DNA of 64,000 nucleotides from an uncultured virus (IMG/VR IMGVR_UViG_3300034280_000588) (taxonomy: Duplodnaviria > Heunggongvirae > Uroviricota > Caudoviricetes), in the IMG/VR virus record IMGVR_UViG_3300034280_000588; one strand, given 5' to 3'. The notes beneath the pieces were generated by a model. It was not told where the DNA came from, ran no database searches, and worked only from the letters and a program-made list of their open reading frames with translations. A program made the translations under genes and the position numbers. This document shows, in pieces, positions 25,747 through 34,963 of this stretch (positions are counted from its first letter, which is position 1; each line of letters begins with the position of its first letter).

Positions 25747-26721
25747 ATGTTTAAAACAAAGAACTTGGTACATAATGTAAAGGATGTACCAATAAAATGG
25801 ATATTTGAACATTTCTGCAAGTTGAATGAGAAACTCAGCGGGCAAGATGTAAAAATTAAGTCTTTATTTAATCCTGCAGAACGTACCCCTAGCATGTGCA
25901 TTTTCTTTAATGATACACATGGTGGGTATAGATATAAAGATTTCTCTACAGGGAAGGGTGGTTCTGCTATGGATTTGGTAAAAGAACTTTATTCTTTATC
26001 TTTTCATAAGGCTTGTGAGTTTATTGTAGAAAGTTATAATGACTTTGTACTGCATAACAATGGAGGCTATGATGTCCAAGAATTTGTAAAGCAAAGTAAA
26101 TATAAGGTTACTAGTTATAAGGTGAGAAGCTGGTCTACACAAGATCAGTATTTTTGGACTCAGTTTAACATTGGTTCTAAGATTCTTGAAAAGCATCATG
26201 TCAAGCCTCTGGAAAACTACTTTATGACCAAAGATGAAAAAGAACTTTGTATAAAAGGACTCTACATCTATGGTTATTTTAAGGAGGACGGTTCTCTCTA
26301 TAAGATATATCAGCCTAAAACCCTTGATAAAAAATTCATCAAGGTGGCTAGCTATGTCCAAGGATGGGAACAGCTAGAGAAACATGATCACCTGCTTATT
26401 ACATCCAGTCTTAAAGATGTAATGGCCATTAAATCTCTTAAGCTTAAGATAGATGTTATAGCTCCTGATAGTGAAAATACAATATTAAAGGAAGACATAA
26501 TACAATCTATTAAAAAGAGATTTAAGAAAGTGATTGTGATGTTTGACAATGATGAAGCAGGAATAAAAGCCATGCAGAGTTATAAAGAAAAACATCCATT
26601 TATAGAAATAACACTTCTTCCAATGAGTAAAGATGTTTCAGATAGCATTAAAGATTTTGGAGCTAAGGAGGTTTTAAACAAATTAGTGCCTATCTTAGAT
26701 AAAAAAATCAATAATGGCTAA
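25747..26721 (+). CDS. DNA primase (N-terminal ZBD-like domain plus TOPRIM)
   Basis: ERTPSM..YKDFSTGKGG; SSLKD; FDNDEAG; KDVSD. Confidence 0.85.
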   Translation: MFKTKNLVHNVKDVPIKWIFEHFCKLNEKLSGQDVKIKSLFNPAERTPSMCIFFNDTHGGYRYKDFSTGKGGSAMDLVKELYSLSFHKACEFIVESYNDFVLHNNGGYDVQEFVKQSKYKVTSYKVRSWSTQDQYFWTQFNIGSKILEKHHVKPLENYFMTKDEKELCIKGLYIYGYFKEDGSLYKIYQPKTLDKKFIKVASYVQGWEQLEKHDHLLITSSLKDVMAIKSLKLKIDVIAPDSENTILKEDIIQSIKKRFKKVIVMFDNDEAGIKAMQSYKEKHPFIEITLLPMSKDVSDSIKDFGAKEVLNKLVPILDKKINNG

Positions 26722-27100
26722 GAAAAAACGCATTGTGACCCCCAAACCCAGAAATGCTGGCACCATGACGGAGTCAGCTTTCTGGTCTTTTATTAGGAGT
26801 GCTCTTAGGCAGAAGAGTAGATGGTGGAAGCCTATTACACAATGCAAGATGAAGTCACGCAGACCTTATAAAGGACCAAATAAAAGACAAAAGTTTGAAT
26901 ACCAATGCAAACAATGCTCTAACTGGTTTCCTGATAAGAAGGTAAATGTGGACCACATCATACCTGCTGGTACATTAAGATGTGCTCAAGACCTTCCAGG
27001 GTTTGTAGAGAGGTTATTTTGTGAAGTGGGCAATCTACAGGTGCTCTGCACTACATGCCACGATAAAAAAACAAAAGATGAAAAGTCCAAAAACGTATGA
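26714..27100 (+). CDS. HNH endonuclease
   Basis: CKQC..VDHIIP..NLQVLCTTCHDKKT. Confidence 0.85.
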   Translation: MAKKKRIVTPKPRNAGTMTESAFWSFIRSALRQKSRWWKPITQCKMKSRRPYKGPNKRQKFEYQCKQCSNWFPDKKVNVDHIIPAGTLRCAQDLPGFVERLFCEVGNLQVLCTTCHDKKTKDEKSKNV

Positions 27101-27266
27101 GGATCTTATAGAAACTGTATTAAAACAAATTGAATTAGATGTACACTGTGGAGATGTGGAAGCTATAGAAGAACTGCTTGAGTTCTGCCCTATACAAAAC
27201 CTTATAGCCTATTTACCAGAAGAAGATTGGAAAAAATTTAAACATTTAGACAATGAAACTAACTAA
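27078..27266 (+). CDS. hypothetical protein
   Basis: MKSPKTYEDLIETV...; start moved to 27078. Confidence 0.6.
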   Translation: MKSPKTYEDLIETVLKQIELDVHCGDVEAIEELLEFCPIQNLIAYLPEEDWKKFKHLDNETN

Positions 27267-27411
27267 AGAAGAAGTGAAAGCTTTAAGGCTTTACTTGGAT
27301 GAAACAACTATTAACATCACAAGTCTTATAAAGAAAATAGGGCTTGTTAATGTTAGACAATTTGAAAAAGTGATTGATAAAATTTACAAGGAAGATGGCA
27401 CAATTGCATGA
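27253..27411 (+). CDS. small hypothetical protein (52 aa), not in ORF track
   Basis: MKLTKEEVKALRLYLDETT... overlaps both neighbours by a few bases. Confidence 0.5.
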   Translation: MKLTKEEVKALRLYLDETTINITSLIKKIGLVNVRQFEKVIDKIYKEDGTIA

Positions 27412-27598
27412 GACCCTAATGGGTAGAAAACTTATAGAAAGTACACTGCCTAGAATTGCTGATGCTTTAGAAGAAATCGCACGTCAGCTTAAACTAGCAA
27501 ATAGAGAAAAAGAAGAACAATGGAAACAAGAAGCCTACTGGGAAGAAATGGAAAGAAAACTCAGTGAGCAAAGAGATGATTTAGTTATTCCCTTTTAA
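27395..27598 (+). CDS. hypothetical protein
   Basis: MAQLHETLMGRKLIESTLPRIADALEEIA. Confidence 0.65.
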   Translation: MAQLHETLMGRKLIESTLPRIADALEEIARQLKLANREKEEQWKQEAYWEEMERKLSEQRDDLVIPF

Positions 27599-27608
27599 AT
27601 TATACACT

Positions 27609-27761
27609 ATGCCAGAAGAATTAGTTTTGTTAGACCCCATCAATGTTCAATCACTTATAGAGTTTTTAGAGTATGAAGAAGGCTATACAAAAGACCCTGA
27701 GACAGCAAAAAGAATTAGAGAACTATTAATTAAATTAAACATATGGAACTTGAACAGTTAA
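27609..27761 (+). CDS. small hypothetical protein (50 aa), not in ORF track
   Basis: MPEELVLLDPINVQSLIEFLEYEEGYTKDPETAKRIRELLIKLNIWNLNS. Confidence 0.5.
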   Translation: MPEELVLLDPINVQSLIEFLEYEEGYTKDPETAKRIRELLIKLNIWNLNS

Positions 27762-28771
27762 TGGAAGACTCTGTGAAACTCATAGAGGAAGACTTTTATA
27801 AAAAGAAGTTTTATTTTTCTTACAGCAGCTTGAATAAACTGATGTGGAACCCCACTGTGTTTTACCAGATGTATGTTCTGGGCCTCAAAGAAGAGAAGAC
27901 AGACCAACATTTGGTGCATGGAAAGGTTATACATGCACTTCTTTTAGAAAAGGAGAAGTTTAATGAGAAATTTACCATTTCTCTCACTTCCCTTCCTACA
28001 GGAAACACAAAGACTGTTTTAGATATTGTCTATAAACATTCTCTGGAGCTTATAAAGAATGGAGACCAAAGAACAGAACTCAATGAGTACCAAAATGCAA
28101 TTATAGATGTCCTTAGAGATATGAATTTGCATCAGAGTTTAAAGACAGACCAACAAAGAGTTGATAAGATAATCACACCTGAAGCTCTCACCTATTGGTC
28201 CTATCTTCAAACAAAGGGGGAAAAAACAGTTATAGACAAAGAAACATATGATTATTGTGAAAATGCTGTGGAAATGATTAAATTCAATAAAGACATCTGT
28301 GGTCTTATTGGATGTAATGTTTCTGAGTTTGACAATAAACAGGTGTTTAATGAGATTCCCTTACAGGTGGATATCCCCAACAATGTTTTTGGTCTTAAGG
28401 GAATTATAGACAATTTAGTATTTGACCATGATAAAAAAATTGTTTATATTAATGATATAAAGACAACCTCAAAAGATCTTAAGGATTTTTCTGAGACTGT
28501 TGAGTTTTATTCATATTGGATGCAAGCTGCAATCTACTGCACTCTAATAAGTTTAAAACATCCAAACTTACTGGCATCAGGTTATCAGCTGAAGTTTCAC
28601 TTTGTTGTAATAGATAAGATGTTGCAAGCTTATGCCTTCCCTGTAAGAGAAGCCACTCTTGTGGATTGGTTGGATAGATTTAAAGCAGTGCTAGACAAGG
28701 CAATGTGGCATTATGAAAAGAGAAGATATGATCTGCCTTATGATTTTGCAGTGAATTCTGTCACTCTATAA
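27743..28771 (+). CDS. PD-(D/E)XK exonuclease (RecE/RecB-like)
   Basis: SYSSL, GKVIH, KGIIDNL..NDIKTT and YWMQAAIY. Confidence 0.85.
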   Translation: MELEQLMEDSVKLIEEDFYKKKFYFSYSSLNKLMWNPTVFYQMYVLGLKEEKTDQHLVHGKVIHALLLEKEKFNEKFTISLTSLPTGNTKTVLDIVYKHSLELIKNGDQRTELNEYQNAIIDVLRDMNLHQSLKTDQQRVDKIITPEALTYWSYLQTKGEKTVIDKETYDYCENAVEMIKFNKDICGLIGCNVSEFDNKQVFNEIPLQVDIPNNVFGLKGIIDNLVFDHDKKIVYINDIKTTSKDLKDFSETVEFYSYWMQAAIYCTLISLKHPNLLASGYQLKFHFVVIDKMLQAYAFPVREATLVDWLDRFKAVLDKAMWHYEKRRYDLPYDFAVNSVTL

Positions 28772-28781
28772 AAAATGTATA

Positions 28782-29345
28782 ATGATCAAGAGTTTGTATG
28801 GAAAATATTTTCAAAAATCCAGGTCTTTTCTTTACCCAGCTCTTGGTATAAGGAAGAATAGCAAGTTTTCACCTTTAGGAACATACCTTTCTATAAAGAA
28901 TGTTATAGGTCCTGAAGATGCAAAACTTATATGCACGTTTAAGAAAGAAGATGATAACAAAGAATTTGAACTTTTTGAAATGAATATGTTGTTAGAAAAT
29001 CCCTTATTCTTGAAAAAGATAAGTTTAGATGAGTATAATATTTACATATTTGATTTTGAAGCATATCAAGCTGATTGGTTCAACTTCATATTGGGAAAAT
29101 ACTCCAGGCTCTCCAATGTGTTAAAGAGAGCAATAAAGAACTATTATGGTCAAAATAGCATGGAATATGAATACATGGACAGCTACTTACATCCAGTTGA
29201 ATACTTTAATTTATATTCTAATCTGTTAGATATTGACACTGATAGTTTAAAAAAAATAGGAGAACTTTGTGATGCGTGTGATATTAATAAAGAAACTTTA
29301 GAACTTTCAGAAAAAGATTTGGAAAGTTTAAAAGATCTCTTTTAA
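28782..29345 (+). CDS. hypothetical protein
   Basis: 187-aa ORF in the replication module. Confidence 0.7.
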   Translation: MIKSLYGKYFQKSRSFLYPALGIRKNSKFSPLGTYLSIKNVIGPEDAKLICTFKKEDDNKEFELFEMNMLLENPLFLKKISLDEYNIYIFDFEAYQADWFNFILGKYSRLSNVLKRAIKNYYGQNSMEYEYMDSYLHPVEYFNLYSNLLDIDTDSLKKIGELCDACDINKETLELSEKDLESLKDLF

Positions 29346-29366
29346 TTTGTGTAAAAATCAACTATT

Positions 29367-29783
29367 ATGAACAATTCAATGTTATTAGTTACATCTGCTT
29401 GGGGTAACTTCAAAACCTTCAAGCTGATTCCAATTTCAAAAGACTGCCCTTACAATGAGTGCATTTTTGATGTCAAGGCAAAAGTGCTGGCTGTAATTTC
29501 TAAAGAAAGCAAACAGTCTTTGCACATGCTCCCTAAGTTGAACGATCAAGGTGACGTTCAATACCTTAAGATAGGTAAGAAGAGCAATGGTAAAGACTAT
29601 GCAGAAGAAAGAAAGCTTCTTGACACCTTTTATGAGTATTATATTGAAGAGACCCCTGAGGTGGAAAACTTTATAAAGATGTTTGCCATCAATGCTGAGT
29701 CCTTTGATTATACCAAGTATATAGATTTTGAAATGCCAAAAGAAGAAATCAAAGAAAATGCTATTGTAACTTCTTTGGTATAA
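29367..29783 (+). CDS. hypothetical protein
   Basis: 138-aa ORF. Confidence 0.7.
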   Translation: MNNSMLLVTSAWGNFKTFKLIPISKDCPYNECIFDVKAKVLAVISKESKQSLHMLPKLNDQGDVQYLKIGKKSNGKDYAEERKLLDTFYEYYIEETPEVENFIKMFAINAESFDYTKYIDFEMPKEEIKENAIVTSLV

Positions 29784-29799
29784 TGGTTAGTTGAAATGG

Positions 29800-29834
29800 A
29801 AAAAAGGAAGTGTGTAATTGCACTTCCTTTTTTT
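29800..29834. terminator. intrinsic terminator (A/U flanked)
   Basis: AAAAAAGGAAGTG-TGTAATTG-CACTTCCTTTTTTT. Confidence 0.85.
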
Positions 29835-29867
29835 ATCACCATCTTAAAGGGGAAACAGCTTAACTGA

Positions 29868-31811
29868 ATGCACACCACCATGAAGAAAACACACTGGGTG
29901 ATGGATTATGAGACACTTGTAAACTGTTTCATAGGTGTATTTATAGATTATAAAGACAGTAATGTAAAACATCTTTTTGTATTACATGAAACTAGAAACG
30001 ACTTTCAAAAACTTGTAGAGTTCTTACAAAGGAATGTAGTTCAAAAAGAAAGACACATTTCTTTTAACGGACTTGCATTTGATGCTCAGATTTCCCATTA
30101 CATTCTTGAACACCATAAGAAGCTCGCTCTTCTTCCTGTAAATGACATCATCTCTTCAATTTATAAGTTTGCACAAGAAACTATAAAGAAGAGTGATGAA
30201 AACAAGTTTCACACCTATTCTCCTAATCAAATGAAGATTAAGCAGATAGATGTGTTTAAGCTTAATCATTGGGATAATAAGGCAAAGATGAGTGGCTTGA
30301 AATGGATACAGTATTCCATGGACTGGGATAATGTAGAGGAAATGCCACACCCCCACTATCAACCCGTGACAGATGATCACACTTTGAATTCTGTCATTAA
30401 CTATTGCGTTAATGATGTTCTCTCAACCAAGGAAGTATTTAAGCATTCCAAGGAACAGATACAGCTAAGGAAAGATCTTACAGAAGAATATAGAATAGAT
30501 CTCTTCTCTGCATCTGAGCCAAGGATATCTAAAGAATTGTTCCTGCACTTCTTGCATGAAAAACTTGGCTGGCAGAAATCAGAAATCAAACTCCTGCGTA
30601 CACCTAGAACCCACATTGTTTTAGGTGATTGCATACTTCCTTATATTACATTTAAGACCCCTGAGTTCAACAAGATGTTGGACTACTTTCGTACAAAGGT
30701 AATCACCTCCACTAAAGATGGTTTTAAATATAGTATGCATTACAAAGGTGTAAAAACAGATTATGGCTTGGGTGGCATCCATGGTGCAGCAAATAGTGGT
30801 GTTTATAAAGCAAAAGCAGGGTGGACAATTATGACAAGTGATGTTGTAAGCTACTACCCCAACCTTGCTATTAAAAACAAATGGGCACCAGAGCATCTTC
30901 CTAAAGAAGAATTCTGCAGTCTTTATGAGTGGATATTTGAAGAAAGAAAGAAAATCCCCAAATCCAACCCTAAGAACTATGTTTACAAGATCATTTTAAA
31001 TTCCACTTATGGTCTCACTGGCGATGAAAATAGCTTCCTGTATGACCCTAAGATGACTATGCAAATCACTGTAAACGGTCAGCTCCTATTGTCAAAACTT
31101 TATGAAATGGTGAGTTTGGCTATTCCAGAGAGTGTTCCTCTTATGCAAAATACAGATGGTCTTGAGATGATCATTCCTGAAGATAAGAAAGATGTCTATA
31201 TGCAGGTTTGTCAAGAATGGGAATATCTAACCAAGCTATCTCTTGAGCATGATGAGTATTCTAAAATGATTATTGGAGACGTAAATAACTACATTGCGGT
31301 TTACAAAAATGGTAAAACAAAATGTAAGGGCAGGTTTGAATGGGAAGACCTTGAGAAAAAGAAAGTGGCCATGTTTCACAAGAACAAGTCTTTCCTTATT
31401 ATTCCCAAGGCTATCTATGCATATTTTGTAGAGAACAAAAATCCTGAAAAGTTTTTAGAAGAAAACCAAAATATATTTGATTATTGTGGTGCTGTAAAAG
31501 CTAAATCAGGATGGCACTTTGAAGAAAGAAGCATAGAAGATGGCTGTTTAGAAGTCAAAAAATTACAGAAAATTGTAAGGTATTATGTATCCAACAATGG
31601 TGTCAAGCTTGTAAAATGCCACAATGATGGTAGAGAAATACAGGCGGAAGCAGGTCAATGGTTACAAACACCTATTAACAAAATTGAAAAAGTGTCTGAA
31701 TTTGACACGTATGACATTAACAAAAAGTTTTATTTGGAGAATATTTACAAAGAAATAAACCAAATAGAACGTGTAAAAAGTAGGAAATCTGTTCAACTTT
31801 CATTATTTTAA
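29868..31811 (+). CDS. polB: DNA polymerase family B with 3'-5' exonuclease (alternative start 29880)
   Basis: Exo DYET, FNGLAFD and YCVND; pol DVVSYYP, KIILNSTYG and NTDG. Confidence 0.92.
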   Translation: MHTTMKKTHWVMDYETLVNCFIGVFIDYKDSNVKHLFVLHETRNDFQKLVEFLQRNVVQKERHISFNGLAFDAQISHYILEHHKKLALLPVNDIISSIYKFAQETIKKSDENKFHTYSPNQMKIKQIDVFKLNHWDNKAKMSGLKWIQYSMDWDNVEEMPHPHYQPVTDDHTLNSVINYCVNDVLSTKEVFKHSKEQIQLRKDLTEEYRIDLFSASEPRISKELFLHFLHEKLGWQKSEIKLLRTPRTHIVLGDCILPYITFKTPEFNKMLDYFRTKVITSTKDGFKYSMHYKGVKTDYGLGGIHGAANSGVYKAKAGWTIMTSDVVSYYPNLAIKNKWAPEHLPKEEFCSLYEWIFEERKKIPKSNPKNYVYKIILNSTYGLTGDENSFLYDPKMTMQITVNGQLLLSKLYEMVSLAIPESVPLMQNTDGLEMIIPEDKKDVYMQVCQEWEYLTKLSLEHDEYSKMIIGDVNNYIAVYKNGKTKCKGRFEWEDLEKKKVAMFHKNKSFLIIPKAIYAYFVENKNPEKFLEENQNIFDYCGAVKAKSGWHFEERSIEDGCLEVKKLQKIVRYYVSNNGVKLVKCHNDGREIQAEAGQWLQTPINKIEKVSEFDTYDINKKFYLENIYKEINQIERVKSRKSVQLSLF

Positions 31812-31831
31812 CATTTCAAAAACCAACAAAA

Positions 31832-32659
31832 ATGCCAACTAAAGTTCCCTTCTGCACAGAAGTAAAACTAAAGAGTGTTCCCCTCCCTAATCATGGAGGA
31901 CGTTATGCCGTTGTACCTCACGGCTACATTATAGATGAGGTGAAAAAAGAATTTGCAAGCTGTGGATTCAGTGTTCTCAAAGAAGAATATAGAAGCACAG
32001 AATCAGGAGATGTTGCACAAGGTGTATATCATTTGGATTATGGCTCTGACCAAGACATGGGTCTTATGTTTGCATGGAGCAACTCTTACAACAAGACAAT
32101 GCGTTTCAAATGCGCAGCTGGTGGTAGAGTGTTCATCTGCATGAATGGTGTGGTTTCTGGAGACATGAACAACTATTCCAGAAAGCATAGCGGCACAGCT
32201 CTTCAAGATGTAACAGCAAAGATTAAACTTCACATTGCAGAAGCTAAGAACCACTATAACAACCTTGTTGCAGACAAGCAAATGTTAAAAGGTGTAATGC
32301 TCACTACTAAAGATAAGGGTAGAATTCTTGGAGAATTGTTTGCCAAGGATGAAATCCTCACTCTTACACAGGTGGGTATTGTAAAGCGTGAGATGGATAA
32401 ACCCACTTATAATTACAACTGTGATGTTAATTCTGCTTGGGCGATGTACAACCACATCACTCTTTCTCTGAAAGAATCACACCCACGTTCCTATCTGCAT
32501 GATCATGAGAGAGTGCACCAGTATTTCATAAATGAGTTTGGTCAACTTATCACTCCTCAGAACACTCCTGTAAATACAGGATCTGATTATGATGTTGACA
32601 CAAATACAACTGTTTATGAGCCAGTGGAAGAGTCCTTTTCTCATGTAAATTTTCTATAA
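31832..32659 (+). CDS. DUF932-like protein
   Basis: NSYNKT..G.RVFICMNG..RKH...WAMYNHIT pattern. Confidence 0.7.
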   Translation: MPTKVPFCTEVKLKSVPLPNHGGRYAVVPHGYIIDEVKKEFASCGFSVLKEEYRSTESGDVAQGVYHLDYGSDQDMGLMFAWSNSYNKTMRFKCAAGGRVFICMNGVVSGDMNNYSRKHSGTALQDVTAKIKLHIAEAKNHYNNLVADKQMLKGVMLTTKDKGRILGELFAKDEILTLTQVGIVKREMDKPTYNYNCDVNSAWAMYNHITLSLKESHPRSYLHDHERVHQYFINEFGQLITPQNTPVNTGSDYDVDTNTTVYEPVEESFSHVNFL

Positions 32660-32672
32660 TACTGCTTGCTGT

Positions 32673-32707
32673 AAAAAAAGGGGGGATGCTTAATGTGTCC
32701 CCCTTTT
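32673..32707. terminator. intrinsic terminator
   Basis: A-run, GGGGGA..TCCCCC stem, T-run. Confidence 0.75.
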
Positions 32708-32718
32708 AATTTTTTTCT

Positions 32719-32862
32719 ATGAGCAAATTTATAAGAAGTTATTACGAACAAACCTATAAAAATTATGTTCGTAAAAACACCTTGATGGGTTGGATTAAGC
32801 ACATATGGCTTGTGATTTTATCTTTAACAATCAAACCAAATAAAAATGATAATCGGCGTTAA
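32719..32862 (+). CDS. small hypothetical protein (47 aa), not in ORF track
   Basis: MSKFIRSYYEQTYKNYVRKNTLMGWIKHIWLVILSLTIKPNKNDNRR. Confidence 0.4.
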   Translation: MSKFIRSYYEQTYKNYVRKNTLMGWIKHIWLVILSLTIKPNKNDNRR

Positions 32863-33490
32863 TGGTTATGCGGGCTCAGGTAAGGACACCATAGGTTACA
32901 TTATACAATACATCTTTGCTATTGATAAACAAGGTGTCAGTATAGAAGAACTATGTGCAAACTATAAAGACAATGAGTGGTGGATAGAGGAACAATCAGG
33001 TTGGCAGGTGAGAAAGTTTGCAGGTAAGCTTAAAGATATAGCAGGGCATTTGTTAAATGTGGACGTGGAAAAACTTGAGGATCAGGAGTTTAAGAAAACA
33101 GACCTTGGTCCTGAATGGGGAATGACGGTAAGAGATTTTCTACAAAAGCTTGGTACAGATGCTATGAGAAATGGTTTACATTCTGATGTATGGGTGAATG
33201 CTCTTATGGCTGACTATGAATGTACACCTGCTGATAGAGCTCCTAATGGATGGGATTGTGATGACTGGATAATCACTGACACTAGGTTTCCTAATGAAGC
33301 CAAAGCCATCAAAGATAAAGGAGGCATCATTATACGTGTAGACAGACCTGGTATAAAACCTGTAAACCCACATCCTTCAGAGGTGGCCCTAGATGATTGG
33401 AACTTTGACTATAAAATAGTGAATATATCAGACATCTACTCTCTTAAGCAAACTGTAGAGCAAGTGTTAAAACATGCTAAAATACTATGA
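32846..33490 (+). CDS. deoxynucleoside monophosphate kinase (T4 gp1-like)
   Basis: GYAGSGKDT, FAGKLK, RDFLQKLGTD, TDTRFPNE and HPSE. Confidence 0.9.
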   Translation: MIIGVNGYAGSGKDTIGYIIQYIFAIDKQGVSIEELCANYKDNEWWIEEQSGWQVRKFAGKLKDIAGHLLNVDVEKLEDQEFKKTDLGPEWGMTVRDFLQKLGTDAMRNGLHSDVWVNALMADYECTPADRAPNGWDCDDWIITDTRFPNEAKAIKDKGGIIIRVDRPGIKPVNPHPSEVALDDWNFDYKIVNISDIYSLKQTVEQVLKHAKIL

Positions 33491-34338
33491 AAATAATAAA
33501 ACAGAAAACCAAGACACTGGTTACAAGAGATAATGGGAGAAGTGCTGATGCAATTTCTCCCAATTTTATCTATGGATGTCTTGGTGGTTGTATGAAGTCC
33601 TATTGTTATGTAGGAAGATACAACCATGATAAGGTATATATAAATGAGAATATAGATGAGATAACTAATTCTATTAATGACTGGGTATTTAAACAAAAAT
33701 GGCCTAAAACTCCTAATCAGTGTGATGCTACTTATTACACTATAGATATAGGATGCAGCACAGATGTAGCTTTAATGTCCAAACATTATGATTGGAATCA
33801 AGTTTTTCAGTTTTTTAATACTTGGCCTAAGATAAAAAGCACATTTGCCACTAAATATCCTACTATGTTTAATCCAGGTGACTACAATTTGTTGCCAACT
33901 AAACATAGAATAAGAGTGAGCTTAATGCCTCAAAAGTATTCAGACATACTAGAACCAGGTACAGATAAAATATCAGATAGAATAGACTGCATCCCCAAAC
34001 TTCAAGAGAAGATGGAAGTGCACATTAATTTCTCTCCTATTATATATACAGACGGTTGGTTGGATGAATATAAAAAGTTGTTTGAAGAGTTAAAATCTAA
34101 GGGAATAGATGTAAAGTGTGAGTGTATTTTCCTAACTTACAACACTATTCAGCATGAGCGTAATGATCCTGCAGTAGACAGTTTGTTATGGAGACCTGAG
34201 ATACAAGAAGCCAAGGACTCCCAGTATGCTCCAGATAACATAAGGTATCAGTGGAAACTAAAAAGTAAGATGGTTACACAATTCACCGACCTTTACAGAG
34301 AGTATTTTAATCCTTTAAACATTAGATATATTTTTTAA
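33487..34338 (+). CDS. spore photoproduct lyase-family radical SAM protein
   Basis: NGRSAD..P..YGCLGGCMKSYCYV, PNQCD, DIGCSTD, FATKY, RIRVSLMP and HINFSPII. Confidence 0.8.
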   Translation: MKIIKQKTKTLVTRDNGRSADAISPNFIYGCLGGCMKSYCYVGRYNHDKVYINENIDEITNSINDWVFKQKWPKTPNQCDATYYTIDIGCSTDVALMSKHYDWNQVFQFFNTWPKIKSTFATKYPTMFNPGDYNLLPTKHRIRVSLMPQKYSDILEPGTDKISDRIDCIPKLQEKMEVHINFSPIIYTDGWLDEYKKLFEELKSKGIDVKCECIFLTYNTIQHERNDPAVDSLLWRPEIQEAKDSQYAPDNIRYQWKLKSKMVTQFTDLYREYFNPLNIRYIF

Positions 34339-34340
34339 TC

Positions 34341-34742
34341 ATGAAACCATTAAGCAAAGAGTTCTTATTGAAGAGAGGATTTTGTTGCCACAATGGTTGT
34401 AAAAACTGTCCTTATATGACATTTAGAGACTATCAAGAAAAAGCTGTAGAGACAGCTGTTTATGGAAATGGAGACAAGATTATTTACCCAGCACTGGGAC
34501 TGGCCAATGAGGCAGGAGAAGTGTTAGGGAAAATTAAAAAGGTTCTCAGAGACAATGAAGGAAGATTCACCACAGACAGGTGTGTTGCTATTGGTGATGA
34601 GATAGGAGATGTGCTTTGGTATATTGCAGCATTGGCTAAAGATTTAGACCTATCTTTAGAAGACATTGCAAAAAACAATATTGAAAAACTATTAGACAGA
34701 AGAGCTAGGAATGTTATTCAAGGCTCAGGAGATAACCGTTAA
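34341..34742 (+). CDS. MazG-like NTP pyrophosphohydrolase with N-terminal Cys-rich module
   Basis: LLKRGFCCHNGCKNCPY, then GLANEAGEV..DEIGDVLWY..N..KL..R. Confidence 0.85.
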   Translation: MKPLSKEFLLKRGFCCHNGCKNCPYMTFRDYQEKAVETAVYGNGDKIIYPALGLANEAGEVLGKIKKVLRDNEGRFTTDRCVAIGDEIGDVLWYIAALAKDLDLSLEDIAKNNIEKLLDRRARNVIQGSGDNR

Positions 34743-34752
34743 AAACAATTAT

Positions 34753-34950
34753 ATGATATGCATGCATTTTAAAAACTACATGTTAGGTATACAGTTTGAA
34801 TTTTTAAGCCAATGGAGGTGTTTATTAGGAATTTTTTTTCAAAAAGGTTCAGAATTTATAAATAATGAAGAAAAACAATTTGCAGAAGTTTCAATAGGTA
34901 TTATATTCTTTTATCTTCGAATTGCTAAATATGAAAAAGGGGGAAACTAA
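34753..34950 (+). CDS. small hypothetical protein
   Basis: Last + strand ORF before the terminator; start uncertain. Confidence 0.45.
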   Translation: MICMHFKNYMLGIQFEFLSQWRCLLGIFFQKGSEFINNEEKQFAEVSIGIIFFYLRIAKYEKGGN

Positions 34951-34963
34951 TCCCCCTTTTTTT
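34934..34963. terminator. bidirectional intrinsic terminator
   Basis: AAAAA-GGGGGA-AACTAA-TCCCCC-TTTTTTT at the convergent junction. Confidence 0.85.

Noticed and set aside
26714..27100. HNH gene as a mobile homing element
   Set aside because: It does not interrupt a gene and is coupled to the primase; no evidence of mobility is visible.
27743..28771. Cas4 or CRISPR-related nuclease
   Set aside because: It lacks the four-Cys Fe-S pattern and sits in a recombination/replication context.
29868..31811. Intein or intron in the DNA polymerase, helicase or RNAP core
   Set aside because: Frames are continuous, motif spacing is compact, and no splice-junction or LAGLIDADG motifs were seen.
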